Assembly (NCBI GenBank): GCA_050613775.1
Contig: JBODTK010000144.1
Location: 310,001-374,000 of the forward strand
Direction of reading: 5' to 3'
Source: Neocallimastix sp. 'constans'
Lineage: Eukaryota
Length of the DNA: 64,000 bases
In this document: positions 40,907-56,279 of the stretch, in pieces
Position numbering within the stretch: the first letter of the stretch is position 1
Layout of the letters: every line of letters starts with the position of its first letter
The notes under the pieces: model-generated
Told to the model about the DNA's origin: nothing
Database searches by the model: none
Seen by the model: the letters and a program-made list of their open reading frames with translations, nothing else
Position numbers and translations under genes: made by a program

Positions 40907-43900
40907 ATGTTAGAATTGTAAAAAAAAAAAAAAAAAAAAGAAAGATTTTGATGAGGATATTTTTTGTATTTATATATTAATTTTAAATAATTTTTATTAT
41001 TAATATTATTTATTTAATAATGTAGTAATTCATATTTATAAATATTTAATAATATTTTAGGTATTATTTCAATTATTAACTACTATTTGATTACTAGTGT
41101 TTATACTAAATATAAATATTTATTATTTATTATTTAAAATATATTATTTTAAATATATTATTTATTATTTATCATTTATTATTTATTATTTATTATTACT
41201 GTAACACACATAAAAAAAAAAAAAAATAAAAAAAAAGGACCTTCAATACTTTCTATATAATTAAAATAATAAATAAAATGGTACATATATTCTAATGAAA
41301 AGAAAATATATATATTAAATATATTTGATTAAATATACATTAATATAAAAAAATTTTAATTAAACTATTAAATAAAAAATTTACTCTTTTTATTAAAATG
41401 TGGCACATTACATTGTAACATAACCTTTTATATTTCTTTAAAAAGAATTTTAATTAATACAAAAAATAAATTTAAATGTATAATATATAATTTAAATAAG
41501 TAATTTATGATAATATATTCTTATAATGTATTTGTTTTTCTTTTTTATTTATTATTGTAATTTTATTTACTATGAATTTTAATTTATATATTTAAAATAA
41601 TTTATAAATATTTGTGTAACAGCATATAATATATTTAATTATTGTATTTCAATATATATCTCAATAATATTTATAAATAAAATTAATTAGAATTATTAAT
41701 ATAAATAATAATATAAATAAGAAACAGTATAAATATCTGAAAAAAAAAATTTTTTTTTGTTAATAATATGGTAAAAGTAAATATTAATACATGAATTATA
41801 TTACCAATATATGATGAATATATATTTTAATTTAATTTAAATATATTAATTTACAAATTCTCTATCTTAATTATTTTTTTACTTTTTAATTAAAATGTAA
41901 GTATTAATATATTAATTTTTATTGGATCTTATACGTTGTAATAAAGTAATTTTTTTTTTTTAAAAAAAATTCAAAACAAAAAAAATTTACCATTCATATA
42001 TTTAATTGAAATTCTATTTATTATTTATTAATTATAATATATTACATATTATTTATTATATATTATTTATTAATTATTTATCATTGGTGCTATTATGATG
42101 GTTGTTAGTATCGTTATTACGGATATTTAAACCATAATTTATATTTATCTATCATTATTATTATTAGTGGTTATAATGGTAGTGGTGGTAGTACATATTA
42201 GTATTATTAGTGGTTATAATAGTAGTAGTAGTATATATAAGTATTAATAGTAGTACTAGTTTTAGTGATATATAAAATTTTTTTTTTCTTTTTCTTTTTT
42301 CATAACAATTTTAAATGTTCAAAAAGTTCAACTAAAAAAAAAATACAATAAAAATATAAAATAAAAAATAAAATGAAAACAATAAATTACATAACAAAGT
42401 TTTTGTCAATTTTAGTCATATTAAATAGCAAACAAACAACTTTATTTATACTAAAAATTGTTATTAAATAAAATAACAAAATAAAAATATAATAATGTTA
42501 AAAATGTTAAAAATAAAAAATGTCGACTATTGATATGAAAATTTTTATATTTATTAAAATTTAAAATTTAGAAAACAGTATTTTTCATTGGTATTATGAA
42601 TCTTACCAATGTATTACTAAATTATTTTAAATACTTTAATTGAAAAGTTTTATATTTTTTTTTTTACTATTCATTATTTCATTGTATTACATATCCTCTG
42701 TAATTACATACATATATATAATACAATGTAATACAATGTACTTTTTTATTTATCCGATACAATATTGAGTGATACTTTTATTGGATGATTCCTCCGTAAA
42801 TTTTTATTTATACGTATTTTATTATATAATAATTTGAATATAACAAAATAAAAAAAAAAATAGAATTATAATAATAATGAATATTTAAAATAATTAAATA
42901 ATAAATAATTGAATAATAAATAATAAATAATAAATAATAAATAATAATAAATAATAAATAACAACAATAAATAATAATATATAATAAATAATAATATATA
43001 ATAAATAATAATAAATAATAAATAATAAATAATAAATAATAAATAATAAATAATAATAAATAATAAATAATAAATAATAAATAATAAATAATAAATAATA
43101 AATAATAAATAATAAATAATAAATAATAAATAATAAATAATAAATAATAAATAATAAATAATAAATAATAAATAATAAATAATAAATAATAAATAATAAA
43201 TAATAAATAATAAATAATAAATAATAAATAATAATAAATAATAAATAATAAATAATAAATAATAAATAATAAATAATAAATAATAAATAATAAATAATAA
43301 ATAATAAATAATAAATAATAAATAATAAATAATAAATAATAAATAATAAATAATAAATAATAAATAATAAATAATAAATAATAAATAATAAATAATAAAT
43401 AATAAATAATAAATAATAAATAATAAATAATAAATAATAAATAATAAATAATAACATATTTAAATAATAAAATAAATAATAAATAAAAAATAATAAATAA
43501 TTATTGATTAATAATAAATGGTTAATAATTAATAAATAATAAATAATTATTGATAAGTAATAAATAATAATAATAATTATTGTAAAGTGATCCATACGTA
43601 AGATACAGTAATAATAATTAACAACAGTGATAATGCATCAACATACAATACTCATACACAAATAATCTGGCTTTTAAGCATTTTCCTCCTCCAATCAACC
43701 AGTTGCCAAAACCGTACCACTAGAATAACTCAAGGAGGTATTGGCCCTTACTAACTAAATACCATTATTAGTTACTACTACCCAAATAACATGTGGACTA
43801 CGCAGCTATGGAATTAGAACGAGTGCCAATCCCTAATCAGAAGGGGAGAGGAAATATCATATATGAATATATAATATAATATATTAAAGTAAAAGCATAC

Positions 43901-44660
43901 ATAGACCAGGATCAGTATAAATACAGAACAATGACACCGAAAACCTGTCTTATAAATATGTTGAATATTATTACATTTGCAACAATGATAAGCCAAATGT
44001 CCTCTGCCACAATATTTTTTTACGTTGCCTACGCTGTCTAAAGGTCATTTCTTCATACATGCACAATAGCAAAGCCTATGGAGTAGCATGTCACAGTAAA
44101 AGCGAGTATGCGTTCCATGAAATACAAGGAGGGAATCTATGCACTACAGACCTCATCCGAATGATGAAACACTGCTCTTCGAGATGATATGGTCTGCTAT
44201 AGTATTTTTTTAAATAATATATTCATATATTAATTATTTATTACTCTTATTATTCCAGATAATAATAATAAAAAAAAAAATAGAAATACAAATAGAAATA
44301 AAAATAAAAATAAAATTTTTTAACAAACACATAAATGGTTCATTTTAAATTATTCTTATTTTTCCTATTACTTGTTTCTACTTACTAACTTTTAGCATTA
44401 TTGTCATTAATTATTTGTTATTACTAATATTATCATTACTTACTATTATTTATTACTATTATTATTTGCTATTATCATTTACTATTACTATATACTATTT
44501 ACTATTTACTATACCTAATGAAAATAGAATAATTACTATTATTACTTATTATACTTTGTTATCACTATCTATCTATCTTTTTTTTTTTTTTTTTTTTTAT
44601 CTTTAGTTTAAATTTGATGAAAAAAAAAAAAAAAAAAAGTGTATATATATAATAATAATA

Positions 44661-45060
44661 ACAAAGCACCAAATAAGCACTTAGGTTTTCTATCCTGAGG
44701 TATCCTGCAACCACAGTGGTACCCAAAAGATTTTCCCTCGATTTCTTGTACACCCAATCCTGATACTATTCTACGACTTAATCATAAGCTTTAATGATGC
44801 CTTCGATTAATTCTATAGGAATTAGGTAGGGACAAATTCTAACACACCAATGATTACACCCACTAGAGGGGGAGGGGGGGTGAATAGTTCCTGTTCCGAT
44901 ACTCTTTATCAATGGAGATATATATAAGAATGTATTAGGAATTCAGCTCCCGGCAGAAGTGTAACGACGAGTTATGAGTGGCGACGTCGTACTGGTATGT
45001 CACATATCATCACATCGTTAATGGGAGATGGGAACTCATTATGCATTATGTGTGTGTCTA
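44661..45060 (+). mobile_element. SINE-like element related to the LINE 3' end and to the 9279 SINE
   Basis: GC-richer ~400-bp island. GAGTGGCGACGTCGTACTGGTATGTC (44976-45001) matches the LINE motif at 21/26 positions, and the island ends in GTCTA. No clear TSD or tRNA head. Confidence 0.6.
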
Positions 45061-45077
45061 TTTATTTATTTTTTTTT

Positions 45078-45152
<75 letters not shown>

Positions 45153-45479
45153 TTTTTTTTAATTAAAACTTATTGATTGATGTGAAATAATGTAATACTT
45201 TGTTACTTTATAAAAAAAAAAAAAAAAAAAAAAAAAGGACTTTCTTTCTTCTTTTTTCCTTTCAAGATGATCAATTAAGATTTTAAAAAATATACCCCAT
45301 TTCCACTAAAAAAGAAATACAAAATTTCATAAAATAAATATATAAATAAATATTAATAGAAATGTTTAATGTATTTTTCATTAAACAATCAGAGAATAAA
45401 AAAAAATAAAAAAAAATTAATTAAATCTATCATCAATAAATTAAATGAACTTGAAACAATATAAAGTTCTTTTATTTTA

Positions 45480-46411
<932 letters not shown>

Positions 46412-46487
46412 TAAAAATTTCAATATTATTATACTCAATAACTATTAATAAAGGATAATGCTTACCTAATCATTCAATAGTAGAATA

Positions 46488-46623
46488 GGGAGAGTTGCAT
46501 TTCGCCATGTGGTGTAGTATTAAAATGTTGCATTTCACCAGGTTGCATTTCGCTAAGTAGTTTTTGATATATTCAAAATAATTTTTTCTTAAACTTGTTA
46601 TTTATTATTAATAATATTTAATT

Positions 46624-46707
<84 letters not shown>

Positions 46708-46716
46708 TAATTTTTC
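46488..46716. mobile_element. Truncated copy of the 29151 MITE family
   Basis: Begins GGGAGAGTTGCATTTCGCCA and continues TTAAACTTGTT...AATAATATTTAATTTTATTTATTT, colinear with the reverse complement of 29230-29394. The second TIR is absent. Confidence 0.75.
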
Positions 46717-46963
46717 CAAAAGTAATTTTGTTATTTCTGAATTATTAACACTACCGGTTTCACATATTGATGGATTAAGTCCATTTCTTTTTTTTTTTAT
46801 TTATTTATTTCCAAAATAATATTTTGCTTATTGGCATTTATGAGTATTGATTCATCATTGATAACATTTTTTATTATTATATTCACTATCACTATTATTA
46901 ATATTTTCACTATCATTAATACTATTATTAACAATATTATTTCTATTGATATTATATAATTAA

Positions 46964-47983
46964 TTTTTTTTTTTTTTTTTTATATAGACAGGGAAGAGAA
47001 TACACTTCCAAAACTTTATTAATTTTATTTTAAAAAATACATATAGGTGAAAAGTACATTTGAAATTAAAAATAAAAATTAAAAAATAAAAAAAATAAAA
47101 AAGCTCGAAAATACTATGTATTTCGGCAAGTTGTACTATGCGGGAATTTTTCCCTTCCTATCAAATAAAAAAAAAATAAAACCTAGAAGTAACATCTTTA
47201 AAATAGATAGTGTGGTGTCCACTAAACTCTCCCCGGATTCATCATTTATTGAACTACTAGGGCAAGATTCATCCTTCGTAGAAATAGATGACGATCCTGT
47301 ATTATCATTATGCCTTATCAGTACGACGTCGACCCTCTTGGATAAAGTTTGGTATTTTGCAATACCTATCAAATAATAGCTCAAACGAACTACTAATGAT
47401 AGGTATTGCACTTGTTAAGAATTCCGCCAAGCCCACAATTTTTGGAACAGGTGACTCAGATGAACCTTTGAAAAGTAGTTCATTTAATTGTCTCTGTTCC
47501 CCACTATCGAAATGTAGCTCATTTAAAACTAAAGTCCCACCAAGAAGGAACAAGTATATATAATGATTGATATAATCTTCAAAATTAGAAATAGAATCAT
47601 AGGAAGAAAGAGGATTAAACGCTCTAATCTTCCTAAGGAATAAAACATAGAGATCATCGATGAAATTTAAAGAATTCCATCTAAAAGATGCAAGAGCATC
47701 TCATTTAAAAATCCAATGTTCAAAAGATTGTTTATCTTCGCCACAACAGGGGCAATACTTGGGACAATCTTCTGAAACTCTACCCATTCTAATAGCAATA
47801 GTAGTATTGTATTTATAACCACAGCGTAAACGTATAATCCACGAAAACTCTAAGTTGAATTGGGGATATTTTAAGCTAAGCATAATTATAGCTTTATTGT
47901 TTGAGAACGTTTTACAATCGTAATTTTGACCTTTAATACCTTGAAATTTGGCAACTGATTTCCAGTAACGTTCTAAAATATCG
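46964..47983 (-). mobile_element. 5'-truncated LINE copy 2 (same family as 19078-20503)
   Basis: Near-identical to ~19093-20087; CPCCGEDKQSFEHWIFK followed by a premature stop; same CTCTTCCCTGTCTA 3' end and A tail. Confidence 0.9.
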
Positions 47984-48994
47984 GACAATATTTACTAATT
48001 TAAAAACAAATTATCAGTTAAGAATTTCAATATCCTTAAAGCATCAACATTAGGTTAATCAGATAAAAAAAAAAAAAAAAAAAAAAAAAACTGAATCATA
48101 AATCTTAACTAATATTTACGGTTAAAAAATTGAATTATCTCTTGAAAGAAAGGAAAAATACATGAAAAATATATGACAAAAGGGCTAATCAGAAAGAAAA
48201 AATAAATAAATAAATAAAATAAAATAAAATAAAATAAAAGTATAAAAAATAATAAACCAAAATTTGATTTTCTTATTTATATATAAAAAAATAAAATATA
48301 TTCTAAAAAATATAAAAAATATAAAAAATAAAATATTTTTCATAATTAAAAAAAAAAAAAAAAATTAAAATTCATTTTTTTTTTTTTTTTTTTTATTGTT
48401 ATTCAATTAATTTTGTAATTAAAATTTTAAATATTAGATAATAATTATAATTACTATTTCTTTATAAATTATTAAAATAAAATATAAAAAAAAAAAAATG
48501 ATACATTTATTAATATTATGTTTCGCTATGAATTATATCATAATATTTAGAATATTATAAGAATAATTTTTATATATTTATATAAATTTGTTTTATGAAT
48601 TTTTTTTTTTCACTATTATTATTATTATTTATACTATTATTTATTTATTTATTTTATTATTTTATTATTATTTTTTTTTTTTTAATTCTTATATCTTAAA
48701 AAATAATATTTAAAAATATAAATTTAAATGATTTTATATACTATTTATATTATATTAATTTCTATTTAATTATAAATTTTTGTCTAATCCACATATTTAT
48801 ATATAATTTTTACCTTTATTTTACTTTGAATTTTTCTTTTTTTTTTTTTTTTTATAATATTCTTTTTTTTCCTCATAAAGAAGAATAAAAAAAATAATTT
48901 AAAAAAATCACTTTTATCAATAATAAAAATTATATATATTTTATATGATACTTCTATATTGAATTAAATTATTTTATTTTTATTTTAGTTATGT

Positions 48995-50230
48995 TTAAAG
49001 AGTTGGACGTGGAAGAGAACTGTAACGTGCTTTCTTAGAATCATCAACACCAGTAATTCTGTTAATTGGGAAGACACCTTCAGTGTTAAAGGTTAAGTTT
49101 CTACCTTTAGCCCATCCATCATCATAAACTTCTAAAATTTCAACAACATTTCCTGGTACTAATTCAATTTCATCATTTAAACTTGGCTTAAAGTCGTATT
49201 TAATGGTGTATTGATTACCTGGAATAATTTGATCATCATTAGCTTCTTGTGGATAAGTTTGATCATAGCCTTGGTTATTGGCATATTGATCTTGTGGTAG
49301 GTAATTTTGTTGATCATAGCCTTGATTACCATATTGATATTGGTCTTGAGTTGGAGCAGCTGCTCCATATTGGTCATAACCTTGATTACCATATTGATTT
49401 TGAGCAGCATATTGATCTTGAGCAGCATATTGATCTTGAGCGGCATATTGATCTTGAGCAGCTCCATATTGGTCATAACCTCCATTAACAGGTGTGGCAT
49501 ATCCTTGTTCATAATTCGTATCATTTTGGTAATTGTTTTGGTTGCCATAAGTAGTTGGTTGAGCGGTAAAGTTAAATTCTTCGTCTTTATTACTCTTCTT
49601 TTTAATAAGAGCAACAGCAACAAGACAAACAACAACAGCTGCAGCACCAATACCTATCCACATTATAGTTGAACTGTTACCATCTTTCTTTGGAGCTTCA
49701 GTAGCTGGAGTAGTTTGAATAGCACCAGCAGTAGCAGATGGAGCTTCAGTTGCAGAAGTAACAGCAGCTGGAGCAGAAGCAGAAGTAGCTGGAGCAGAGG
49801 CAACTGGAGCTTTAGTAGTGGTCACAACTGCTGGGGCCGTAGTAGTAGTTACAGGGGCATTATTACCATTATTACCATTATTACCATTATTACCATTTTG
49901 TGGATTGCCACCTTGGTTATTGTTATTACCTCCTTCATTATTTCCTGGATTATCATTCTTATTATCATCTGGAGTTTTATTATCATTGTCACCACCAGTA
50001 TTTCCATTGGAATTACCTGTATCAGTTTTACCTTCATCTCCTCCATTATTTGATTGATCATTACCACCATCAGGCTTTCCGGAATCACCATTTCCTGCTC
50101 CATTATCACCATTACCATTACCTGCGTCTACATCAGTATCTTGTCTTGGAAGAATAACATGAGCACTACATTGAATTGCTAAGAAAGCAATTAACATAAA
50201 TATAATTAAATGTTTGGTATTCATTTTCAT
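48995..50230 (-). CDS. Type-I membrane protein: signal peptide, G/N/D- and T/A/P-rich ectodomain, TM helix, Q/Y-rich repeats, C-terminal SH3 domain
   Basis: 411-aa single-exon ORF. N-terminal LIIFMLIAFLAIQCSA; TM IMWIGIGAAAVVVCLVAVALI followed by KKK; SH3 signature YDFKPSLNDEIELVPGNVVEILEVYDDGWAKGRNL...EGVFPINRI. Confidence 0.93.
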   Translation of the reverse strand: MKMNTKHLIIFMLIAFLAIQCSAHVILPRQDTDVDAGNGNGDNGAGNGDSGKPDGGNDQSNNGGDEGKTDTGNSNGNTGGDNDNKTPDDNKNDNPGNNEGGNNNNQGGNPQNGNNGNNGNNGNNAPVTTTTAPAVVTTTKAPVASAPATSASAPAAVTSATEAPSATAGAIQTTPATEAPKKDGNSSTIMWIGIGAAAVVVCLVAVALIKKKSNKDEEFNFTAQPTTYGNQNNYQNDTNYEQGYATPVNGGYDQYGAAQDQYAAQDQYAAQDQYAAQNQYGNQGYDQYGAAAPTQDQYQYGNQGYDQQNYLPQDQYANNQGYDQTYPQEANDDQIIPGNQYTIKYDFKPSLNDEIELVPGNVVEILEVYDDGWAKGRNLTFNTEGVFPINRITGVDDSKKARYSSLPRPTL

Positions 50231-53084
50231 TTATTTACTTCTAATTCTTTAAAGATTAATAAATTATTTATACAATTAAAATATTAATATCATTTTATTT
50301 TTATTTTTAAAATTATATAATAAAAAATATATATTATTAATTACCAATATTATATATTGTTTTTTATTTTTTATTTTTTTTTCAAAAGATAATAAAAACA
50401 AAAAAAAAGTAAAAAAGCTATTTTTTATTATCTTTTTAAATATTTATCCGCCAACTAAACAATATAATTTACAAAAATATAATTCATTAGTAAATATATT
50501 TTTAATTTCTTTTTTTTCTTTTTTTTAATAAAAAAAAATATATATATTTATATCAATAGTATTTATAAATTTTAAATATTTCATTTCTATTTTTATATTT
50601 TCTATCTACTTTTTTTTTTCTTTTAACAATAATCTTTTGATGTCTTTTTTTTTTTACATAATATTTCTCGATATCTTCAAAATAATCATTTAAATCTTTT
50701 TTTATTATATTTAAAATTACTTTAAATACATTGAAAATATTTACTTTTATAATTTCTTTTAATACTTCTATTGAAAATGATAAAAATATATATAAAATAT
50801 ACTAATAATAATAATATCGAATATCTGAACATTTATTAATTTCTAATTAATTTTTTCTTCAATAATAATATCATATTATTCATAATTGTAATTTTTTTTT
50901 TTAAAAAATATATTTTTTCAAATACTTTGCTTCTATATTAATAATCATTATTCATTTATTTATTATTCTATATTGAGGAGGATAACATTTCAGAATTTTA
51001 TAAATACTGTGATACTTTATTTCTTTATTATTTAGTTTCATTACCTAAAAATACGATAGTATATAATCTAAATTATTTTTTAAAATCTTATATTTTTAAA
51101 ATAAATTTTTAAAGAAAAAAAAAATATTAAATTAAAATATTTTAAATAAAAATTAAAGAGAAAAAAGTATTAAATAAAAAAAAATTGAAATAAAATAAAA
51201 TACTGGTTAAAAATAAAAAATAATAAAAAAAATTTTTTTATATCTTAAAATAGTTTTAATATATATGTTAATTATTAAACTTCTTTGTTTAATATAATAT
51301 ATATATAAATAATTAATTTAAATAATTTAAATACAGTTTATAATAATAATAATAATAATCAATTAATTAATAACAATAATTATTATAAATTAAAACAAAA
51401 AATAAAATAAAATAAATAAAAAGAGTGTGAAAAAAAAATAAATAATATAAATAGAAAAAAGTTTCAAAATAAAAAAAATATATATATATAAAAAATAAAA
51501 AAAAAAATAAAAAAAAAAAAAAAAAAAGATTTTATATAGATTTTAAATTATATATATTAATTAATATTTATTAAATATTATTTTAATTATAAAAAAAATT
51601 AAAATAAAATTTGTATATTTTTTCAAATAAAATTCTTTATATTTAAAAATATTATCAATTATATCAATTAATATATAATATAATATTTATCTAATATATC
51701 ATATTACTTATTTAATAATAATAATATATTATGCAATATTACTTCAATATAAAAAATTTTAGTGAAATAATATATTATTTTAATAAATATAAGAAACTAT
51801 TCATATACTTATTTATAATTAAAAATTTAAATAGTATTATTTTGTTTACTTTTATTATAGTATACTATAATATATAAACTTTTATTAATGATAAATAAAA
51901 TAGAAAAAACTAATCTAGATAATTTTTAATTATTAATTTTTATATGTTACACACTTTAATATAATATATTGTAATATATTATAAATAATTAATATAATAT
52001 ATTTAATTCAATTCACTTCAAAAATTTTTGTATTTTACCTTTAAAATGAATTTTTTGTATCACATTTATTTCTATTATTTATTTACTTATGTTTATTTTT
52101 ATGTAGCAAATATATTTAAATGCATTTATAATATAATATATATATTGCTTAGAAATTCTAATATATTAATTTATTTTTTAATATATTTTATTTTGTTTCT
52201 TAAATTAACTATATTAAATTACCATGAATTAATTATATTCTATGTAAATACCGTTTAATTAACTTATATTACTATATGTTAATTTATATTAAAAAATGTA
52301 TTTAATAATATAAATAATTAAATCATATATTATCTATATATATATTTTTTTTAACTCGTTCTTAGGAAAATTTCTTCAATTAATTCAAATTTATATATTA
52401 TAAATAGATAAAAATATATTAATATAGAACTATTTTTTAAAATATTATATAATAATATATAATACTAGAAAATATTTATTTCTATTAATAAATCAATAGA
52501 TTCTATTGTGATTTCTCTAGTAGATTAATGCATTTTCAAAGAATTTTTACAGACTTTTCAAAAATATTTTATTTCTTTGATTATATATATATTGTGTAAT
52601 ATATGAATATTCATTAAATGATAATTATTATTATTTATTATTGTTATTTATTATTTATCATTTATTACTTATTATTTATTATTTATTATTGTTATTTATT
52701 ATTTATTATTGTTATTTATTATTTATTATTTATTATTTATTATTTATTATTTATTATTGTTATTTATTATTTATTATTTATTATTGTTATTTATTATTTA
52801 TTATTTATTATTTATTATTTATTATTTATTATTTATTATTTATTATTTATTATTTAAATATTTATTATTTATTATTGTTATTTATTATTTATTATTGTTA
52901 TTTATTATTTATTATTTATTATTTATTATTTATTATTTATTATTGTTATTTATTATTTATTATTTATTATTGTTATTTATTATTTATTATTGTTATTTAT
53001 TATTTATTATTGTTATTTATTATTTATTATTTATTATTTATTATTTATTATTTATTATTTATTATTTATTATTTATTATTACTT

Positions 53085-53118
53085 AATATTAGTAGAAATA
53101 GTATCTTTTTTGTTATTA

Positions 53119-53174
<56 letters not shown>

Positions 53175-53217
53175 GAAATACAATCTTTTTACTTAATATT
53201 AGTAGAAATACTATCTT

Positions 53218-53248
<31 letters not shown>

Positions 53249-53455
53249 GAAATACAATCTTTTTACTTAATATTAGTAGAAATACTATCTTTTTGTTATT
53301 ATTATTATTATTATTATTTATTATTATTATTATTAGAAATATAATCTTTTTACTATTTTTATTATTATTGAAATATACTATCTTTTTATTATTATTATTA
53401 TTAAGAAATACAATCTTTTTATTATTATTTATTATTATTAAGAAATACAATATTT
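53085..53455. repeat. Minisatellite: AGAAATAC(T/A)ATCTTTTT units separated by (ATT)n or ACTTAATATTAGT
   Basis: About nine degenerate units visible by eye. Confidence 0.85.
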
Positions 53456-54835
53456 TTATTATTATTTATTATTATTTAGTATGGAGGCTATTAATATTTA
53501 TAATTAGTCAATTATTTTATTATTATAATTATTGAGGCTTCTAATATTTAGAATTTAAGAATTTATTATTTTAATGATTATTAATTATAATTTATTATTT
53601 CTTATAAAGAAGATAAATTAAAATTTCATTTAAATTAGTTAATAATTATACTAAGAATAAAAAAAAAAAAAAAAATAGAAAACCCCAGAATTAATCAATA
53701 TGATTTATCATATATATCATATGCAAAAATTTATATATATATAGTTAACTTCATTAACCAGTAAATTCCAATTCATTAATTTTTAGGTGTATTAGATTTG
53801 CATCACCGCTCTTTCATTTACCATGGATTTTTACAGTTATAAATGTAGGCAAGATAACTTATAATATTATATTTAAAGTTTTTTTAAAAAAAAAATAATA
53901 ATAAAATAAAGTTTTTCTTGTTTTCAACGGTATAGAATGCATATTTTGTGGTAAATCAATAATTCATTGCATATATTATATAATCTATATAAATTTGCTT
54001 TGCTATTTCAAAAATTTATTAACTATATTATAAAAAGTTTTACTATATATAATTTAATAAATACTATATTGGACTATATTATTTTATATTTTATTTTTAT
54101 TAGTACTTTACATGTTTTATATTACTTTACTATTTATTTTATTTTATCTTATTTGTATTTTATAATATAATCTTATAATATTAATAAATAAAAAAAAAAT
54201 GACATATATGATAAGAACTAAAAAAAAATTAGGCAGTACTTCAAACTAATATATATATTTTCATTAGTAAGTACAAATACATTTCTCTTCTCAAGAGTTT
54301 TCTTATTTTCAAATATTCTTTATATTTAAAATGGACATAATGGAGTGAGCATGAACAGTTATATGTTATATACACAGTTATACTTTTAATAATCTATTGA
54401 TGATTACTAATGTAATTTAGATATTGATTAGTGCAAATTTATGAAAATTAAAAATTAGCTATATTAATCTATTCAAATAGTCTATTAACAAATAAATAAA
54501 TTAATTAAAATTTGAGCAGTTTAATATTTTCTTTTAATATTAATGTAAAAAGAATAATTTAATTCATATATGCATAAAGAAAATAATAATAATAATAATA
54601 AATTATTTCCTCTTCTTCCCATTATTGCTTTTATTATCATCGATCTTAATTTTTAAACTTTAATTAATTATACTTTTTTTGTTTTAGGCAATAGTAAAAT
54701 AAAAAATAATAAATAAATAAATAAATTCCAAAATAATGTAAAATATAAATAAAAATTGGCAAATTATTGCATTAAATGATAATCATATATAAATATTATA
54801 TTTCTTTTTATTATCTTATTATATAACTTATGTAT

Positions 54836-54866
<31 letters not shown>

Positions 54867-56248
54867 TTATTATTGTTATTACTTTTTTGTATTTATAAAC
54901 TAAAATAAATAATTTATTAGTTCAAAACTTTTGAATTGTTAAAATATAGAAAAAAGAGTTCAAAGAACTTCTTTTACAACATAAAAAATATGTATAATTG
55001 AAAATACATTAGAAATACAAGTTTCCTCATAAAAAATAAAATATTGTAGAGTAAAATGACAAACTATTTTAATCCCTTCTAAATTAATCATAAAAAATCA
55101 GTTACATTTTATAATAATAGTAATATTAAAATAATAATATATAATCCCTGTAGAAATAATATATATATAAATATATACACATTGGTATTATTATTACACC
55201 ATTTCATGACTTTTTTTTTTTTTTTAAATAAAATAATATTATAAGAAAAAAAATGATTATTAAATGTTACATGAAAGATATTAATAAAAACATTATATTA
55301 GAAAAATATTGATAGAAATATTATAAATTAAAAATTATCATCACAAAGCATTATGAAGTAAAAATAGAATAAAATATAGAAATCCTTTTATTTTTTAAAT
55401 AATTACTCGAATTACGATTAATTTTATTAAAATAAAAACAATAAATCATATTTAAAAAAAAAAAGAAAAAAAAAAAAGCTCAGAAAAATATTAGTTATAA
55501 ATAGCATCTTCATATATTTCTAATTCAAAATATTAACTTCATTCATGGAATTATTAAATCACAAGTATTTCATTACTAATTCTATTCATCAAAGACTACA
55601 CGAAAAATAAAATAATAAAATATTTATAATATATAAATAAAAAATAATTATTAATAAAAAAAAAAAAACTTTATTCATTTTTTAACTAAGTCATTTAATG
55701 TGGTCGATTTTTTCTTTAAATCTTTTAAAACAAATAAACTTCTTAAGCCATGAAATAATTAACATCAAACTTAATTATAAATATAAGTTATAAATATAAA
55801 GTATAAATATTAAAATAAATATATATATTTTTCTTCAATAGTAATTTTTTTTTCAATATAATAAAATTTTTAAATAAGCTAACGAACAACAAAATTAATA
55901 TACGAAATTTATATAGATTTTATTATTTATTTATCATTAAAAAAAATAATAATAATAAAATAATAATAATTTAAAGGGTTTTTTAATGCTATATAATACT
56001 TTAATTAATCTTTTTTTTCTTTTTATCATTTTTTTTTATAGAAAATTCTTTTTTTAAAAAAAAATAAAAGAAATACTTAATAATGATCAATATTTACTAG
56101 GTATACGCATTGTTATATATACAAAAAAAAAATAATAATAATAATAACCTAAATAACAATACTAGTATATCATATATTTTTATTTGATTTTATAAAGTTT
56201 TCTTTTGTTGAATTATATTTATTATTATCTATTATTAAATATATCAAA

Positions 56249-56279
<31 letters not shown>

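Noticed and set aside
44140..44200. 5S rRNA-like start (minus strand GACCATATC...AGCA..GTTTC) or C/D snoRNA (ATGATGA at 44161)
   Set aside because: The similarity is short and does not extend to 5S internal boxes; no terminal CTGA box D follows the box C-like motif.
49177..50157. Multiple overlapping alternative-frame and antisense ORFs (also 40088-40301, 19156-19667, 47116-47563, 1532-1735)
   Set aside because: Shadows of the real minus-strand genes or LINE ORFs, caused by biased codon usage.
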